Below, in pieces: positions 12,721 to 25,093 of a DNA stretch of 64,000 nt. The first letter of the stretch is position 1. Each line of letters opens with the position of its first letter. The notes under the pieces are model-generated. The model ran no database searches and was not told the origin of the DNA. It saw only the letters and a list, made by a program, of their open reading frames with translations. A program made the translations under genes and the position numbers. The stretch lies in assembly GCF_018350175.1 (NCBI RefSeq), contig NC_058368.1, forward strand, positions 203,238,001-203,302,000, written 5' to 3'. Source of the DNA: Felis catus. Its lineage: Eukaryota.

Positions 12721-12994
12721 ATTGCCATGGGTCCTCTGGTACAGTCCCTGCAAGACGAACCCCCTTAGCAAGCCTTCATAGGACACAGCAGGCACAGATC
12801 CATGTTGCAAAAATCTCTTACATATACAGATAACTTTTGTGGTTCCTCCCAAACTCATGTGCAACGCTCTTCTATGTAACACCACTGTTCACTAATGAAC
12901 CACCTAAAAGATCAGCACACAGAACTGCATTTTCCATTTGAAAAAGTCTGTGAAGAAAAATGCCAATGAACAATTTGATGAAAAAAATTTTAAG
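12721..12994 (+). pseudogene. Fossil exon, block D (start of an RGS-like domain)
   Basis: AAG|gtaaga donor. Frameshifted LMNHLKDQHTELHF/HLKKSVKKNANEQFDEKNFK, compared with recalled RGSL1 FREFLKERKAKIPLQFLTAVQKISIETNEKICK. Confidence 0.55.
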
Positions 12995-13204
12995 GTAAGA
13001 CAATTAACAAAACACAGAGTTTGAATGTGGAAAGAGCTAAAATTTGTCCATATGGGGGAAAATAATCAGTCCACCAAAATACAGAACACAGATACTATAG
13101 TAGTAGAAAGATGTAAGAAGAGAAAGACATTGAAATGAGGTTAATGGAAAGTTTATGAATCTTTTTGTTTCTTAATTTTGAATCTTTAGGAGTTTTTTTT
13201 TTTT

Positions 13205-14432
13205 TGGTGGGGGTGTAAAACATTTAAGTTCTACTCTCTTAGCAAATTTCAGTTATATAATGCAGTGTTATCCATTATAGTCACCATGTTTTACATTAGA
13301 TCCTCAGAACTTATTCATCTTACAGCTAAAAGTCTGTACCCTTTTATCAACTTCTACATATTTCCCCCAGCCTCTGGCAACTGGCACTACTTTCCTACTC
13401 TGTGCTTTTGTGAGTTTAACCTTTTTTAAAAAAATTCCACATATAAATGATACGATGCAGTATTTGAATTTTCTTTCTCAGACTGACTTATTTCAATTTG
13501 CACTGCCCTCAAGTTCCATCCGTGTTGTTGCAAAAATGGATTTCCTTCTTTCTCATGGCTAAATAATATTCCATTGTTATATATATATACATATATATAT
13601 GTATATATATACACATATATGTGTGTATATATATACACACACACATATACAATGATATATACATATACAATGATATATATATTATGATATATATGTGATA
13701 TATATGTATACAATGATATATATAATGATATATATGTGATATATATGTATATATACAATATCACATATATTTATCATACATCTTATTTATCCATTGATAT
13801 CTGTTGATGGACAGTTAGGTTATTTTCATGTCTTGGCTACTGTGAATAATGCTGCAATGAACATGGGAATGCAGATATCTTTTCAAGATTGTATTTTCAT
13901 TTCTTTGCATATATATCCAGAAGTAGGATTGCTGGATGGTATAGTAGTTCTATTTTTAATTTTTTGAGGAACCTCCATACTGTTTTCCATAGTGGCTGCA
14001 CCAGTTTGCATTCCCACCAGTGCACAAGTGTTCCCTTTTTCTCCACATCCTTGCTGACACTTGTCTCTTGTCTCTTTGGTGCTGCACTTCTAACAGGTGT
14101 GAGATGATATTGTGATCTTGATTTGTTTTTCCCTGGTTAGTGATGTCAAGCACCTCAACATGTCTTCTTTGGAAAAAAGTCTGTTCAGTTCCTCTGTTCA
14201 TTTTTTAATTGGACGATTTGAAGCTTTTTGCTATTGAGTTTCATGACTTCTTTATGTATTTTGGATACTAACCCTTTATCAGATATACAATTTGCAAATT
14301 GGTTGCCTTTTCATTTTGGTGATGGTTTCCTTTGCTGGACAGAAACTCTACAGTTTGATGTAGTCTCACTTGTTCATTTTTGCTTTTGCTTCTTTGCTTT
14401 GTGTGTCAAATCCAAAAAATCATTGCCAAGAC
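13205..14432 (-). mobile_element. L1 3' end (L1MA9/L1_Carn-like), with internal TA-rich microsatellite at ~13578-13770
   Basis: Antisense L1 ORF2 end and 3'UTR motifs (tttttgaggaacctccatactgttttccatagtggctgcacc, aaaatcattgccaaga). Confidence 0.9.
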
Positions 14433-14776
14433 TTAGTCAATTACTGTATAATTTCTGTACAGTTTTGGTTTATTTTGTTACCACACAGTGAATCCTTAAC
14501 TCTAAGCAACAGTTTACAAATGAGTTTGATTGTTTAATCCCAATCTACTAATGATTTGAAATAAGTAAACATATATATTTATTTAGAATCTATTAATGAT
14601 AATGGATCATTAAAATCAACTCTCTAAAGAAAAGTCATACACATTAAGAGTTCTCAGGAGTGTCACCTAAATGTGATTCCCTTTTGAAAAACAGAGAGCA
14701 AACCATAATAAGCAAAATAACATTTTAAAGTAACTTCTGCACTGTTAATTATTTCAACCAATAAAAAGTTGCTCCT

Positions 14777-14985
14777 AGGGGTGCCTGGGTGGCTCAGTCA
14801 GTTAAGTGTCTGACTTTTGATTTTGCCTCAGGTCACAGTCTCACAGTTCAGAAGTTCAAGTCCTATGTCAGGCTCTGCACTGATATAGGAACCTGCTTGG
14901 GATTCTCTCTCTTTATCTCTCTGCTCCTCCTCCAGTCATGCTTGCTCTTCCTCAAAATACACAAAAAAATAAATAAAAATTAAAA
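14777..14985 (+). mobile_element. CanSINE
   Basis: TSD aataaaaagttgct. Confidence 0.9.
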
Positions 14986-15323
14986 AATAAAAAGTTGCTT
15001 CTAGTCATCAAACTTTGATATAACAAAGAATAATAATAGTATAAATAATGTGATGCAAGTTAAGAGGAAAAAAAGGATACTCCATTTACTGAAAGTCATT
15101 TAACTTGTCATGCAGACAACTTCCTGAAACACATGTTCAGATAAGAATTAAGACACTGAAACATATAACAGTTACTAATTCTTAATATATAAATAAAACA
15201 GAGTTTATATTAAAAGTCATCCAAGAAATGCAGATTCATATTGCTTCCTAGAAATTTCTTTTGATATAATTGGCAAAATGAAGAAATGTGACAACATCCT
15301 TGCTTTGTATGTGTATCTTTTAG

Positions 15324-15370
15324 TTGCCTAGAGAATGCAAACATATTTTAAAACCCAGAAATGATATGGA
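15324..15370 (+). pseudogene. Possible small fossil exon, block D
   Basis: gtatcttttag| acceptor; CLEN../QTYFKTQ, compared with recalled IENVIKTFFQGQ; donor not recognisable. Confidence 0.3.
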
Positions 15371-15517
15371 TCTAATTTCTGTTTTACTGTCTTGCTAAAT
15401 TAAGTGGCTATAGATAACATGCAGAATATACCTTTTTTTAAAACTGAGAATATAAACTATTTATAACAGTTACTTTTATTTAAACAGAAAGACATAGGCA
15501 TTTATGTGATTCCTCAG

Positions 15518-15930
15518 GCCAGCACTGTTTAGATGTGACAAAGAAATAATCATCAAAATGCAGCTCCTTAAGTAAGTGTCTGATTTCACACTTTAGGAAA
15601 TGTGCTATCTTTCTGGTTGAGCCGGCAAGAATTGAGAAAGATTAAGAAAGTGTTTAAAGATGTTCATTAAAAAGTAGTTATAAAAATGTGAAAGAGACAC
15701 AGCACCAAGCATGCCAAACAGAGTAAAACTGTCATCAAAAAGATTCAACAGCTATGAAAAGAGTTCTTCAAAATCTGCCACATTTTTTTCCAGATAAGAA
15801 AATCTATCAATTCCAAATGTCCACATTAGTCATGCATAAAGGCACCAACGTTTCACAGAAAACAAACAAATCTATCCCAACGAACCCTTGCTGTTTATCA
15901 CATTCACCAGAAAGGCTAGAAAAAGTCGAG
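15518..15930 (+). pseudogene. Fossil exon, block D (RGS-like domain end plus linker)
   Basis: gattcctcag| acceptor, GAG|gtaagt donor. PALFRCDKEIIIKMQLLK*VSDFTL..KVFKD, compared with recalled RGSL1 PEEMLQCDAPIIKEIASMRHVTTSTL..KWFKD. Last ~68 codons open. Confidence 0.6.
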
Positions 15931-16346
15931 GTAAGTTTTAGTTCTTAGTGAAGTTTTTAGTCCTAAGGTGTTTTTTCCAGAACATGAACATTATAGCTAT
16001 TTGGTTCTCCTTAAATTTTTTTCATCTCAATTTTTATCATTCTACTTTTATTTTTTTCAATGCATTGTTTTAAAAATTACGGAAGTACTACATACTCATA
16101 TTAATTTGCGAAATAATACAAGATATATAAAGAAAAGGTTAAAATTCTTTTTTCCTCCTCCAAAATCTCTATGTTTATTGTCCTGGGAAATGTGCTAATA
16201 GCCTGATGTGTTTTCTCCACCATGGTTTTCCCTCCTCATAAATACTTCTAAACTTTTATATACATGGATATTCATTTTTTATTTTTTGTTCTTATTGCAC
16301 TTGAATTTTTTAGAAACCAAAACAATAGCTCTGAAATTTGCTTTTT

Positions 16347-16535
16347 AATTAATTAACTTATTTATTAGAGAGAAAGAGAGTCACACATGAGAGCGCAAAA
16401 GCAGGGGAGAATCTTAGACAGGTTCCATGCCCAGTGCAGAGCCTGACTTGGAGCTCAATCTTACAACCCTGGTATTAAGACCCAAGCTGAAATTAAGAGT
16501 CGGAGGCCTAACTGACTGAGCCACCCAGGCACCCC
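16347..16535 (-). mobile_element. CanSINE
   Basis: Flanked by tgaaatttgcttttt. Confidence 0.9.
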
Positions 16536-16550
16536 TGAAATTTGCTTTTT

Positions 16551-16765
16551 TTTTAAATTAATGTTTATTTATATTTGAGACAGAGAAAAACAGATGGTAA
16601 GCAGGGGAGGGGCAGAGAGAGAGAGGGAGACACAGAATTTGAAAGATGTTCTAGGCTCCAAAGCCATCAGCACAGAGCCCAATGAGGGGCTCAAACTCAC
16701 AAACCATGAGATTGTGACCTGAGCAGAAGTCAGAGGCTTAACCAACTGAGCCACCTAGGCACCCT
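16551..16765 (-). mobile_element. CanSINE
   Basis: Flanked by the same tgaaatttgcttttt repeat. Confidence 0.9.
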
Positions 16766-19469
16766 TGAAATTTGCTTTTTAAGTTGAACTACATGTCCCT
16801 ACCATTCAGATCAATATAGTTGATGATTAGCACCATTATTTTAATAGCTATATAGTATCTATAGTATGGTTAATCATTTGTGTGTGATTGTGTGTGTGTA
16901 TGTGTAGGTGTGGGTGTGGGTGTAGGATATTCAGGGATCTCCCCTCCCCTATATTTTCCCACTGCCAACAATGCTGAAACAAATATTGAACATGTATCTT
17001 TATGCTTTTATTTCTATGAAACATATTGTCAAAAATGAATTGGCGAAGTCCAAGGATGAATGTATTGTTACTTTTTAAATTATTTAAAACTTAATATCCA
17101 AAATGATCTTGTAATTTACACTTGGGACACTTAATTTGCATCTTTCTATCAGTAAGATGGAGAAATATTTTATGCTTATAGATCTTTTGGAATATTGTTT
17201 TCATGAATCACTATTATCTATGATAGCCAGTACTTAATACTGTTTGTCTGTTAATTTTAGACATTCTGGGGAGCATACAATAATGTATTAATTTCTTAGC
17301 TCTTAGAGTCCCCCAATTCTTTATTACTTTGTGACGTCTTCTGAAAAATTTAGTCAACTGAAATTCTTACTCATTAATTCATTATTTAGCTATTCATCCC
17401 CTCTGATGAACCCTTTAGTTAAACAATTTTATTTTTCACTCTCAGTATTTCCAATTGGATATTTTATGTAACTGTTTGCTCCTACTTCATGGCTGTCACT
17501 GTTATAAAGAGAATCTTTATTCTCTTACAGCAGTTCACGGACAACAGGCAGGTGTCCCGCCCTGGGAGCCAGTTCTGTGGAGGTCTCTGCTCTAGCACTT
17601 TTTGAACCCACAGTTGATGGTTCACAGGAATTTCTCTCAGACACTTAAGTCTCATTTGCATAACATAAGACAGTTTTTCTCTGTTTCAATTTGTTCCAAA
17701 AATGGTTTCTAATGAACTCTAAGCTGTAACCACTTTTTATTCTGAATAATCTTTAAAATCCACATTTCTCATAAAATCTCAAACTTATAATTAAAAAATC
17801 ATTTACTCAGGGATAATCACTAAATATACACTCGACCTCTTTACTACCTTCTTTAATTCTGTCAGGTAGATTTTATAATCATCCCAAACTAGCATTGAGG
17901 GCTGTCATTTAAGGCTAATATGTCTTCCTCAAATAGAGTATTATTTTCTAAAACATACTGAGAACATGATACATTATTTAAGAGGCTTTGTAAGAGCTTA
18001 AATATCTAATGATTCTTTTATCAGGGAAAATTTCATCGAACAAAAAATTGGCACCCGCCTCACATGCAAGCATTTATGGAGAATTTATTCCCTGTAATTC
18101 TGAGATAATTTAGGCATTTAGATTATTTCAGCAATTCTCCCATAAGTGCAGCTTTTGTTATGTCTCCTAGGTCAGTTTTATTTTTAGTTTCTCTTTGACT
18201 CGGGCTACTTATAAGTGATTCTTAATTTCCAATATTACACCCTTTATTGTTAATTTCTAATTTTATTAGATTATCTATCATTAGAATAAACACAAGTGGT
18301 TTTTTTTGCTCCCACAAACAAACAAACAAACAAGCAACTAGTAAACCCTTACCCTCCTAGTAGCCATGTGGGAGAAGTCTCTCTCCTCCAGGTTCTTTCT
18401 ACATGCCAACTGCTTTCTCTCCCAACTGCCAAGGCTGGGGAGAGTTCAGGCCAGTAGCACAGCGTCCCTTCAGTTCTAACAGCGCTGGCATGAACCAACA
18501 GTGCCACCAAGAGCAAGCCCAGGCATAGGCATTTTGCAAAGGAACCAACAGGATTCTGCCACTTGAAGTACTCGTGTAAGATTTGTGCCCAGTTTCTAAG
18601 CAGTTGTCTTCTCTGCCAATAATATCTTGGCTCCTGCCTGGTACCAAAGAGAATGAAGTCCTATAGCCCCCTGGATCTCAGAAAGAGCCTGCTATGTCCC
18701 CTCCAGGTGAGGGCAGCATGCCTCTCAGTATTTTGTAAATGCCCGGAGAGAGAGAGAAGGGAGGACGATGGCACCTAGGAGTGTGGCCAAAATGCCATCC
18801 TCCTGGAATTTCTCCAGTTGTCTAGAAAATCTAAATCAAATGTTTGAGTAGCAATCTTAAACATAGACGAAATGATCACATTGTCTCTGGTAGAGATCTA
18901 CATGAATGTTACAAGTATGTTTTTTGAAATATTAATAGGTGATAAGTCAAGTACAGCAAGATTACCTAAATAAATGCATTTGGAAAACAATTATATCTGA
19001 AAAGTTTCTTTCCTGCAAGATTTGTAAGAGGCTTGAATATGAAAATTTTCAGCACATTTATTGCTGTCAGAGGTAGAGTTCATGGTGTTTCTGATTATTT
19101 TGACGTATTGTTATTTTTTTTTGTCATATTATTATTGTGGCTGCTCATGGCATTGTTTTAACACCATTTCCAAGACTGTATTTCTACAAAACATACTTTG
19201 GAAAAAGTTGGCCTTTACTTTTCCTCCAAAAAATTACTGAATATATTATTATTTTAATTTTCAAGAGGGTTATTATACAATTATAATTTTAGTACAATTA
19301 CACAATTTTAAGTATTGAAATAATTTATGTATTTGATAAAAGTAATCAACCACAAATTATTTCCACAAATTATTTCACAATTTTAATAGTCAAACTATAA
19401 AATAGGGGATAGAATACAGAATTAGCCTGTCTCCCATCCTAAAATCCAGTCTGACTCCCCAGAAGTTAA

Positions 19470-19476
19470 CACACAA

Positions 19477-19507
<31 letters not shown>

Positions 19508-19529
19508 CACACACACACACACATACACA
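19470..19529. repeat. (CA)n microsatellite, interrupted
   Basis: Direct reading. Confidence 0.95.
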
Positions 19530-19620
19530 GATTTTATAATGAAGTGTTTTTAAACATTTATACAAATAGGCCCATATCCTAATCCCTGTTTGGGTCATTT
19601 TCAGAATATTCTTTTTTCTT

Positions 19621-19847
19621 TTTTTTTTTTTTTTTAATTTTTTTTTTAATTTTTTTATTTTTGGGACAGAGAGAGACAGAGCATGAACAGGGGAGGGGCA
19701 TAGAGAGAGGGAGACACAGCATCGGAAACAGGCTCCAGGCTCTGAGCCATCAGCCCAGAGCCCGACGCGGGGCTCGAACTCACGGACCGCGAGATCGTGA
19801 CCTGGCTGAAGCCGGACGCTTAACCGACTGCGCCACCCAGGCGCCCC
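19621..19847 (-). mobile_element. Young CanSINE inserted at the tail of an older SINE
   Basis: TSD tattcttttttctt at 19607-19620 and 19848-19861. Confidence 0.95.
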
Positions 19848-19861
19848 TATTCTTTTTTCTT

Positions 19862-20058
19862 AAGTTTATTTATTTATTTATTTTGAGATAGAGAGTGTAA
19901 GTGGGGGAGGGGCAGAGAGAGAGGGGGAGAGAGAATCCCAAGCAGGCTCTGCTCTGTGTAGAGTTGGCAGAGGGGCTTAATCCCAGGACTGCTAAATCAC
20001 TGCCTGAGCCAGTATCAAGAGTCTGTCACTCAACCAACTAAGCCACCTGGGCGCACCC
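19862..20058 (-). mobile_element. Older CanSINE
   Basis: Diverged body, gaatcccaagcaggctct type. Confidence 0.85.
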
Positions 20059-20059
20059 A

Positions 20060-21680
20060 GAAACAGTCTTAAGTGTACCTTTGGATATCTCTGCATTACC
20101 TGCACACCACTCACTTTTAATAACTTTATAATATTCTATTATATGGGTACACTTAATTACTCCTCTATTGAAAGGCTTGTATATTATTCCAGTTTTTCAC
20201 AATTATAAACAAAACAGAAATGAATAATCCTGTAGATGATTTAGATACACTAAACAGTATAAATTTTTTATAGGCTAGATTTCTAGAAACGGAATTCCTG
20301 TGCTAAATATCAAGCATATTTTTAATTAAAAATTATCTTTGAAAGCAATTATAGCAATATAAACTTCTAACCGTGTAGGAGACTGTGTGTTTATTCACAT
20401 TCTTGCCAGGAATTCTCACATTTTAAAATTATTGCTAATCTGATCCCTGGAAATATGGAAACACTGAAAATGATGAGTAAGGCTGGGGATCTTATCGCAG
20501 CAATAAGGTGTTTTCAGTTCCTTATTTGTGAACTCTTGATTTTGTACATTATTCTAATAAAATTTTAGAGTTTCTTATTTATTTGTGAAAGATTTTCTCT
20601 ATTAAGGAAATCGGATTTTTTTTACTCTGTTGTATAATATAAATATTTCCCAAGTTTGTTTTTGTGGTTGTGTTGTTTTTATTTTGTTTATGATGTCCTT
20701 ATTGCAAAGACGTTTTAACATTTATAAATCAAATGTATCTACTTCTATGGCCTTTGGGTTTTGAGTCTTGTATAAAAACGCATTTCCTATCAAAGATTAA
20801 AAAAAGAAATCATTTAATTTTTGTATATTTTAATATTTGTATGTGTATGTGTCTGTGTGTGTTTACATGTTTGATCATTAGAATTTTATTTTGATATAAA
20901 TAGTTATGTAGAAATCCATTTGATGAGCCTCTAAATGACTGTGAACTCGACACCTTGTTTAAACCCTTATGACGGACCCTGAACCATGGGCACCCAGGTA
21001 AACTCCTCCTGAATTCCAGACCCACAGAATCTGTGAGATCATAAGTACTTATTTTTAAAAATTTTTACGTTTTGGAGTAATTTGCTCTGTAGCCATAGAT
21101 AACTGACAATATTCATTTAATCAATTTTTATTTAAGTTTTTTTAAAAGTCAAGATGGGATGGTGAATTTTGCCAAATGGCCTTAGTTTTTTGGCCATTCA
21201 ACTTATTAATATGATGAATTATATTAGCAGATTTTTAAATAATGTATCATCCTTATGTTCCTGGAACAAACTCCATTTTAAAAATATTAGTCTTTAGATA
21301 CACTGCAGGATTATATATATGTGATTTGCTTGAGGTTTTACATTAACATTCATAAATGATGTATCTATATGTTTTGACTGTCAAAAGTTTTGGCAGTCTA
21401 CACTTGGAAAAAAGTTTAAAGTATTGGAATTTTCCATTCCTTCAAAGTGTAATTGACTTCACCTGTGACTCCACTCAGGAATGGTGTGTTTTCAAAGTGA
21501 ATATTTGAAAATCCTCTCAATTCTTTACTATAATTGTGTTTAGATTTCATATTTCACCTATGGCAAAATGTTGTGTTTTTTTTTTTTTAGAAAACTACAT
21601 GACATCTGTGTTTTAGTAACTGAATAGAGTTGTGCAAAAGACTTTTATATTTCTTTCACATTTCTAGCCATCCCTGGTCA
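20060..21680 (-). mobile_element. Degraded old L1 (L1M-type) fragments, interrupted by an MLT1 LTR piece
   Basis: T-rich antisense L1-like segments (e.g. atgatgaattatattagcagattttt..catccttatgttcctggaacaaactcc). Confidence 0.5.
20917..21108 (+). mobile_element. MaLR LTR 3' part (MLT1D/E/F-like)
   Basis: ccagacccacagaatctgtgagat..ggagtaatttgctctgtagccatagataactgaca terminal motif. Confidence 0.7.
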
Positions 21681-22039
21681 TTTCCCCATGTTTAGCTCTC
21701 GACCCTAAACTGATGCGAGCTGGAGGTAAACACCTCCACTTCCTGCTCACGCAGGTGGGACAACTCTCATGTATGATCTATGGTCTGTCATTATCCCTAG
21801 CTGGACAGAGCCCTGTTGTCCGGAGCACAAATCGATTCCATATTGTATGACATTCCGTCTGGTGATTTTTTGGATCGCCTCCCAAGGAAGCTACTTGGAC
21901 TGAAAGCCTAGTCCCACTGTCGAAACCCTGGTGCAAAGAAATGTAGACACCCACCCCAGAGACTCTTCCAGCAGCGCCATAGCAAAATTCGTTAAAGCTT
22001 TATTACCATTAATTGTGAGTCTTATTCTTTTTTCCCAAG

Positions 22040-22838
22040 GTCAGAAGAGAGAGAAATTAGACGTTGTGGGAGGAGAGTCAACGATGAGAAGAAAGCTCTT
22101 TGTAGGGATACTATTTTCAAATTCAATGAACAAAGCATTAGCTCACAAATAGCATTGCTCATCATTTCATGATTTATTGTGATTGCTTTTTTGAAAAATT
22201 TTTTGAACGTTTATTTAATTTTGAGAGAGACAAAGAATCCAAAGCAGGCTCCAGGCTCTGAGCTATCAGCACAGAGCCTGACGCAGGGCTCAAACCCACG
22301 AACCACAAAAGATCATGACCTGAGCGGAAGTCAGCCACTTAACTGACTGAGCCACCCGGGTGCCCCGAGATTCATTACGATTATTGAGTAACAAAGATTT
22401 TCTATATTGGTATAAAATATTATATTATGTTTTAAAAAAGAACAATTGCTAAAGAAAACTAAAGCCACCATAATTCTAATTTGCCCTTCTTGATTGACTT
22501 TATAGAAAATCTGCATTGGCCTACACTTTATCTTCAGAATCTAACGTAATGTTCTACAATTTGAAGAGCTTTATAATTACTCACAACAACTTGGGATTTA
22601 CAATTCTCTATACAGTATGGGCTTGTTTCAAATAATGAAAACTGATGCCAAAGAAAATCCAATAGAATCTTAGTATTTAAAAAAGCAGTCACAGTACCCC
22701 AAAAGGACAGACATTGAAGAAATACTTATTACTCTGTTGCTTATATAACAGAACTAATTGATCCTTAGAAGATGAACCTCTCTTGTGATTTACCATAACC
22801 TTAGTTATGTCAGAGGACTGCAATGTTCACTACTGGTT
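22040..22838 (+). pseudogene. Large fossil exon, block D (last RGS-like domain), interrupted by a CanSINE
   Basis: Strong ttcttttttcccaag| acceptor, TT|gtaaga donor. Segments HHFMIYCD/SLRLLSNKDFLYWYK, NLPFLIDFIENLHWPTLYLQNL, NVLQFEELYNYSQQLGIY, VAYITELI..EPLL*FTI. Confidence 0.55.
22187..22366 (-). mobile_element. CanSINE inside fossil exon
   Basis: SINE body in reverse orientation. Confidence 0.9.
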
Positions 22839-23008
22839 GTAAGACACAGGGCATTTGTGACAGCCCATCTCTTCCAATTATGGTATTGGCTGAAGAAGAT
22901 TCAGAGCAGTACTTAAGTTTTCAGATGAGCAAACCTTATTCTTTCTGATAATGACAAGCTCGCTGCTCCTAACATTCATACCTCAAACACATTGATACTC
23001 TCTTACAG

Positions 23009-23105
23009 GGAGCTGATTATCTCAGGAAGGCCAAACATTTCTGGTCTATTTCAAGTGGGTGTTTATACGAAACAAATTTTTTGATGCATTTTCCCTGAGA
23101 AGTGA
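23009..23105 (+). pseudogene. Possible terminal fossil exon, block D
   Basis: ctctcttacag| acceptor in phase with the 22838 donor. ELIISGRPNISGLFQVGV, compared with recalled AAITEGYLDRSVFHGAI. AATAAA downstream at 23389-23394. Confidence 0.45.
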
Positions 23106-23643
23106 TTTACTTTTTCCATGATCATTTAACCACACTTTTTGATGTCATCTTATTCTTAGTTATGTCCCTCTCCTCCATCCAAATTCACACCTCTCAAGGA
23201 AGCTTGTGGATTTTGAAGATTTACTTAGCCTAAAAATTCATATAAAGAATGCCCTTGTGAGCATCTGTTTTTATTAATCTGGATTCAATTCATGTTTGTT
23301 CTCTATAGGCTTATAATTTCACTCTCATAAGATAACAACAGACAATTTTACAGGAAAAATAATATAATTCTTTTTACTCATACTCTTTAATAAAACCTAC
23401 ATATGTAAGAGGAAATACATTTTGAGCGGGCTTTGAACACTGCTATTTTTATTAATGTAGATTTTTCCTTTGGAAAGTTGACCTATTATTTGCAAAAGTG
23501 TAATTCAGAAAAAAAAAACTTCTAGTAAAGTAGGGCTAAAAATTATTGTTAATAGGCCTATTTTTCTTCCTTTGCTCTTTAAAAATATGGCCTCAATTAA
23601 TGAAAGCTTGCAGAAGGAAAATTTAAAGAAGTTCAGTAATTAC

Positions 23644-23793
23644 ATTCTCTATGTCATCTTTTTAACTAAATTGTGTTCTGTTATGAAAATCAACTGTGGT
23701 GTTTAATGTATTTTTTTCTCTAGATAATGTTCTAAGAAAGTAAGTTTCTAGAGAAAACTTTCAAATATGATGGCAAACATAATGAGCTATTAC
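23644..23793 (-). pseudogene. Fossil exon, block A
   Basis: Minus-strand tctctatctgtag| acceptor 74 nt after the previous donor, |gtaatt donor; reads VIAHYVCHHI*KFSLETYF. Confidence 0.45.
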
Positions 23794-23867
23794 CTACAGA
23801 TAGAGATTTGGTGAAATAAATTGTATACAAAATGGTGAAATAAGTAAAATTTGCCATGAACACTCAC

Positions 23868-23987
23868 ATACCACTTATTCTCTTGAAGGTAGGAGAGAGG
23901 GGACCTTGACCACTGTCCCAGAGCCTTGGATAAATTACCAACTCCATCCCCAACGTGGTCTGGGAAGATACCCGAAACAAAACAGGA
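23868..23987 (-). pseudogene. Fossil exon, block A (RGS-like), 120 nt, phase 0/0, no stop
   Basis: ggcatttccag| acceptor, |gtgagt donor; SCFVSGIFPDHVGDGVGNLSKALGQWSRSPLSYLQENKWY. Confidence 0.55.
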
Positions 23988-24259
23988 CTGGAAATGCCAA
24001 GTGCACATTTCACAAGTGAGTCAAGACACAAAATGACAGGTAATTGCTCAACTTCCACAAACAGAGTCCAAGTTAGAAAAATTATGGGTCATGTTGCAAT
24101 TCTGATAGTAAAACCAGTCATATCCAGGAAGTCACAGACATTATTATTGATTGACCTTCTATGAGTCAAGGAAGTTAACTGCAGTATTTTTTCATTAATA
24201 TAATACGAAAACATATTTAACTCTATAAGGCCATATTACAGGGTGACTTTTAAAATCTA

Positions 24260-24530
24260 CTTCATATTCAGTCTCCTCTAGGAAGCTTCCACATTGTTCC
24301 CCTCAACTCAGTCCAGGATGGATGTCCTTCCCACATCCTTCTGTAGTTCCCTTTTTCTATACTTTCCCTACTTTGATTGCCTTATTTCTTGCCTGTCTCC
24401 TCCAGTGAATTCTATGCCCTTCGAATATAGAAATCATACTCGGCATCTTTGTGACCTAAGATTATATTATTGCCTCAAATAAGATAAGGTCCCATTCTGT
24501 GCTTATTTTCTAAATGAATGAGTGAATGAC
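24260..24530 (+). mobile_element. L2 3' fragment
   Basis: tcctctaggaagcttcc..tgtctcctccagtga..ending aaatgaatgagtgaatg. Confidence 0.55.
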
Positions 24531-24774
24531 AATTCACTGCTCCAAGACCCTGTTACTACTGTCTACCCTGATAAGCTGCTCACAGCTTATTCTCAACCAG
24601 TCAAGATTTTAACTGATATAGGTTGCCATGTTTTTCCTTTAAAGGGTATCTGAATTTTCACTGGGGACACATTAGAATCTAAAGAAAATCTGGTAACAAA
24701 CTTTCAAGAATTATAATATTCAACTGGGAGGTACTATTTTAAACAGAGACATTCTATATATATAATCATATTAC

Positions 24775-24954
24775 GTAGACAGCCTGTGCATCACTTCGTA
24801 AAACTAGCCTAGCTTTGTTGTTATATAGAAATGTACAGATATGTATATTTGGAAAGAGAACCAACGAGTCTGATGGATGCTAAGAGCCATTGAACTATAC
24901 TCCTGCAATTGAACCTGACTAGATAAAACTTCCTTTTGGTTTTCTTGGTAAGGC
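24775..24954 (-). pseudogene. Fossil exon, block A, 180 nt
   Basis: Long polypyrimidine ..ccacag| acceptor, TAC|gtaata donor. Ends KARLVLRSDAQAVY and splices in frame to SCFVS..P..VG (RGS-like A-x-x-I/V-Y-x-x-F-I/V pattern). Confidence 0.55.
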
Positions 24955-25093
24955 CTGTGGTATGAGATGCAGTGAAAGAAAAGAGGGAAAATACCCTGTC
25001 TTGGCCGCAATGGTACAGTGGCTAGTTGTGCCCTTGGTAAGCATGTGTCTACTGGCTGCTGAGACATCTACTTTTTGCTATTTTGTTTCTCAC

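Noticed and set aside
15572..15597. gtaagt...tttag as an intron within the 15518-15930 exon
   Set aside because: About 26 nt is too short to splice, and the motif similarity runs through it
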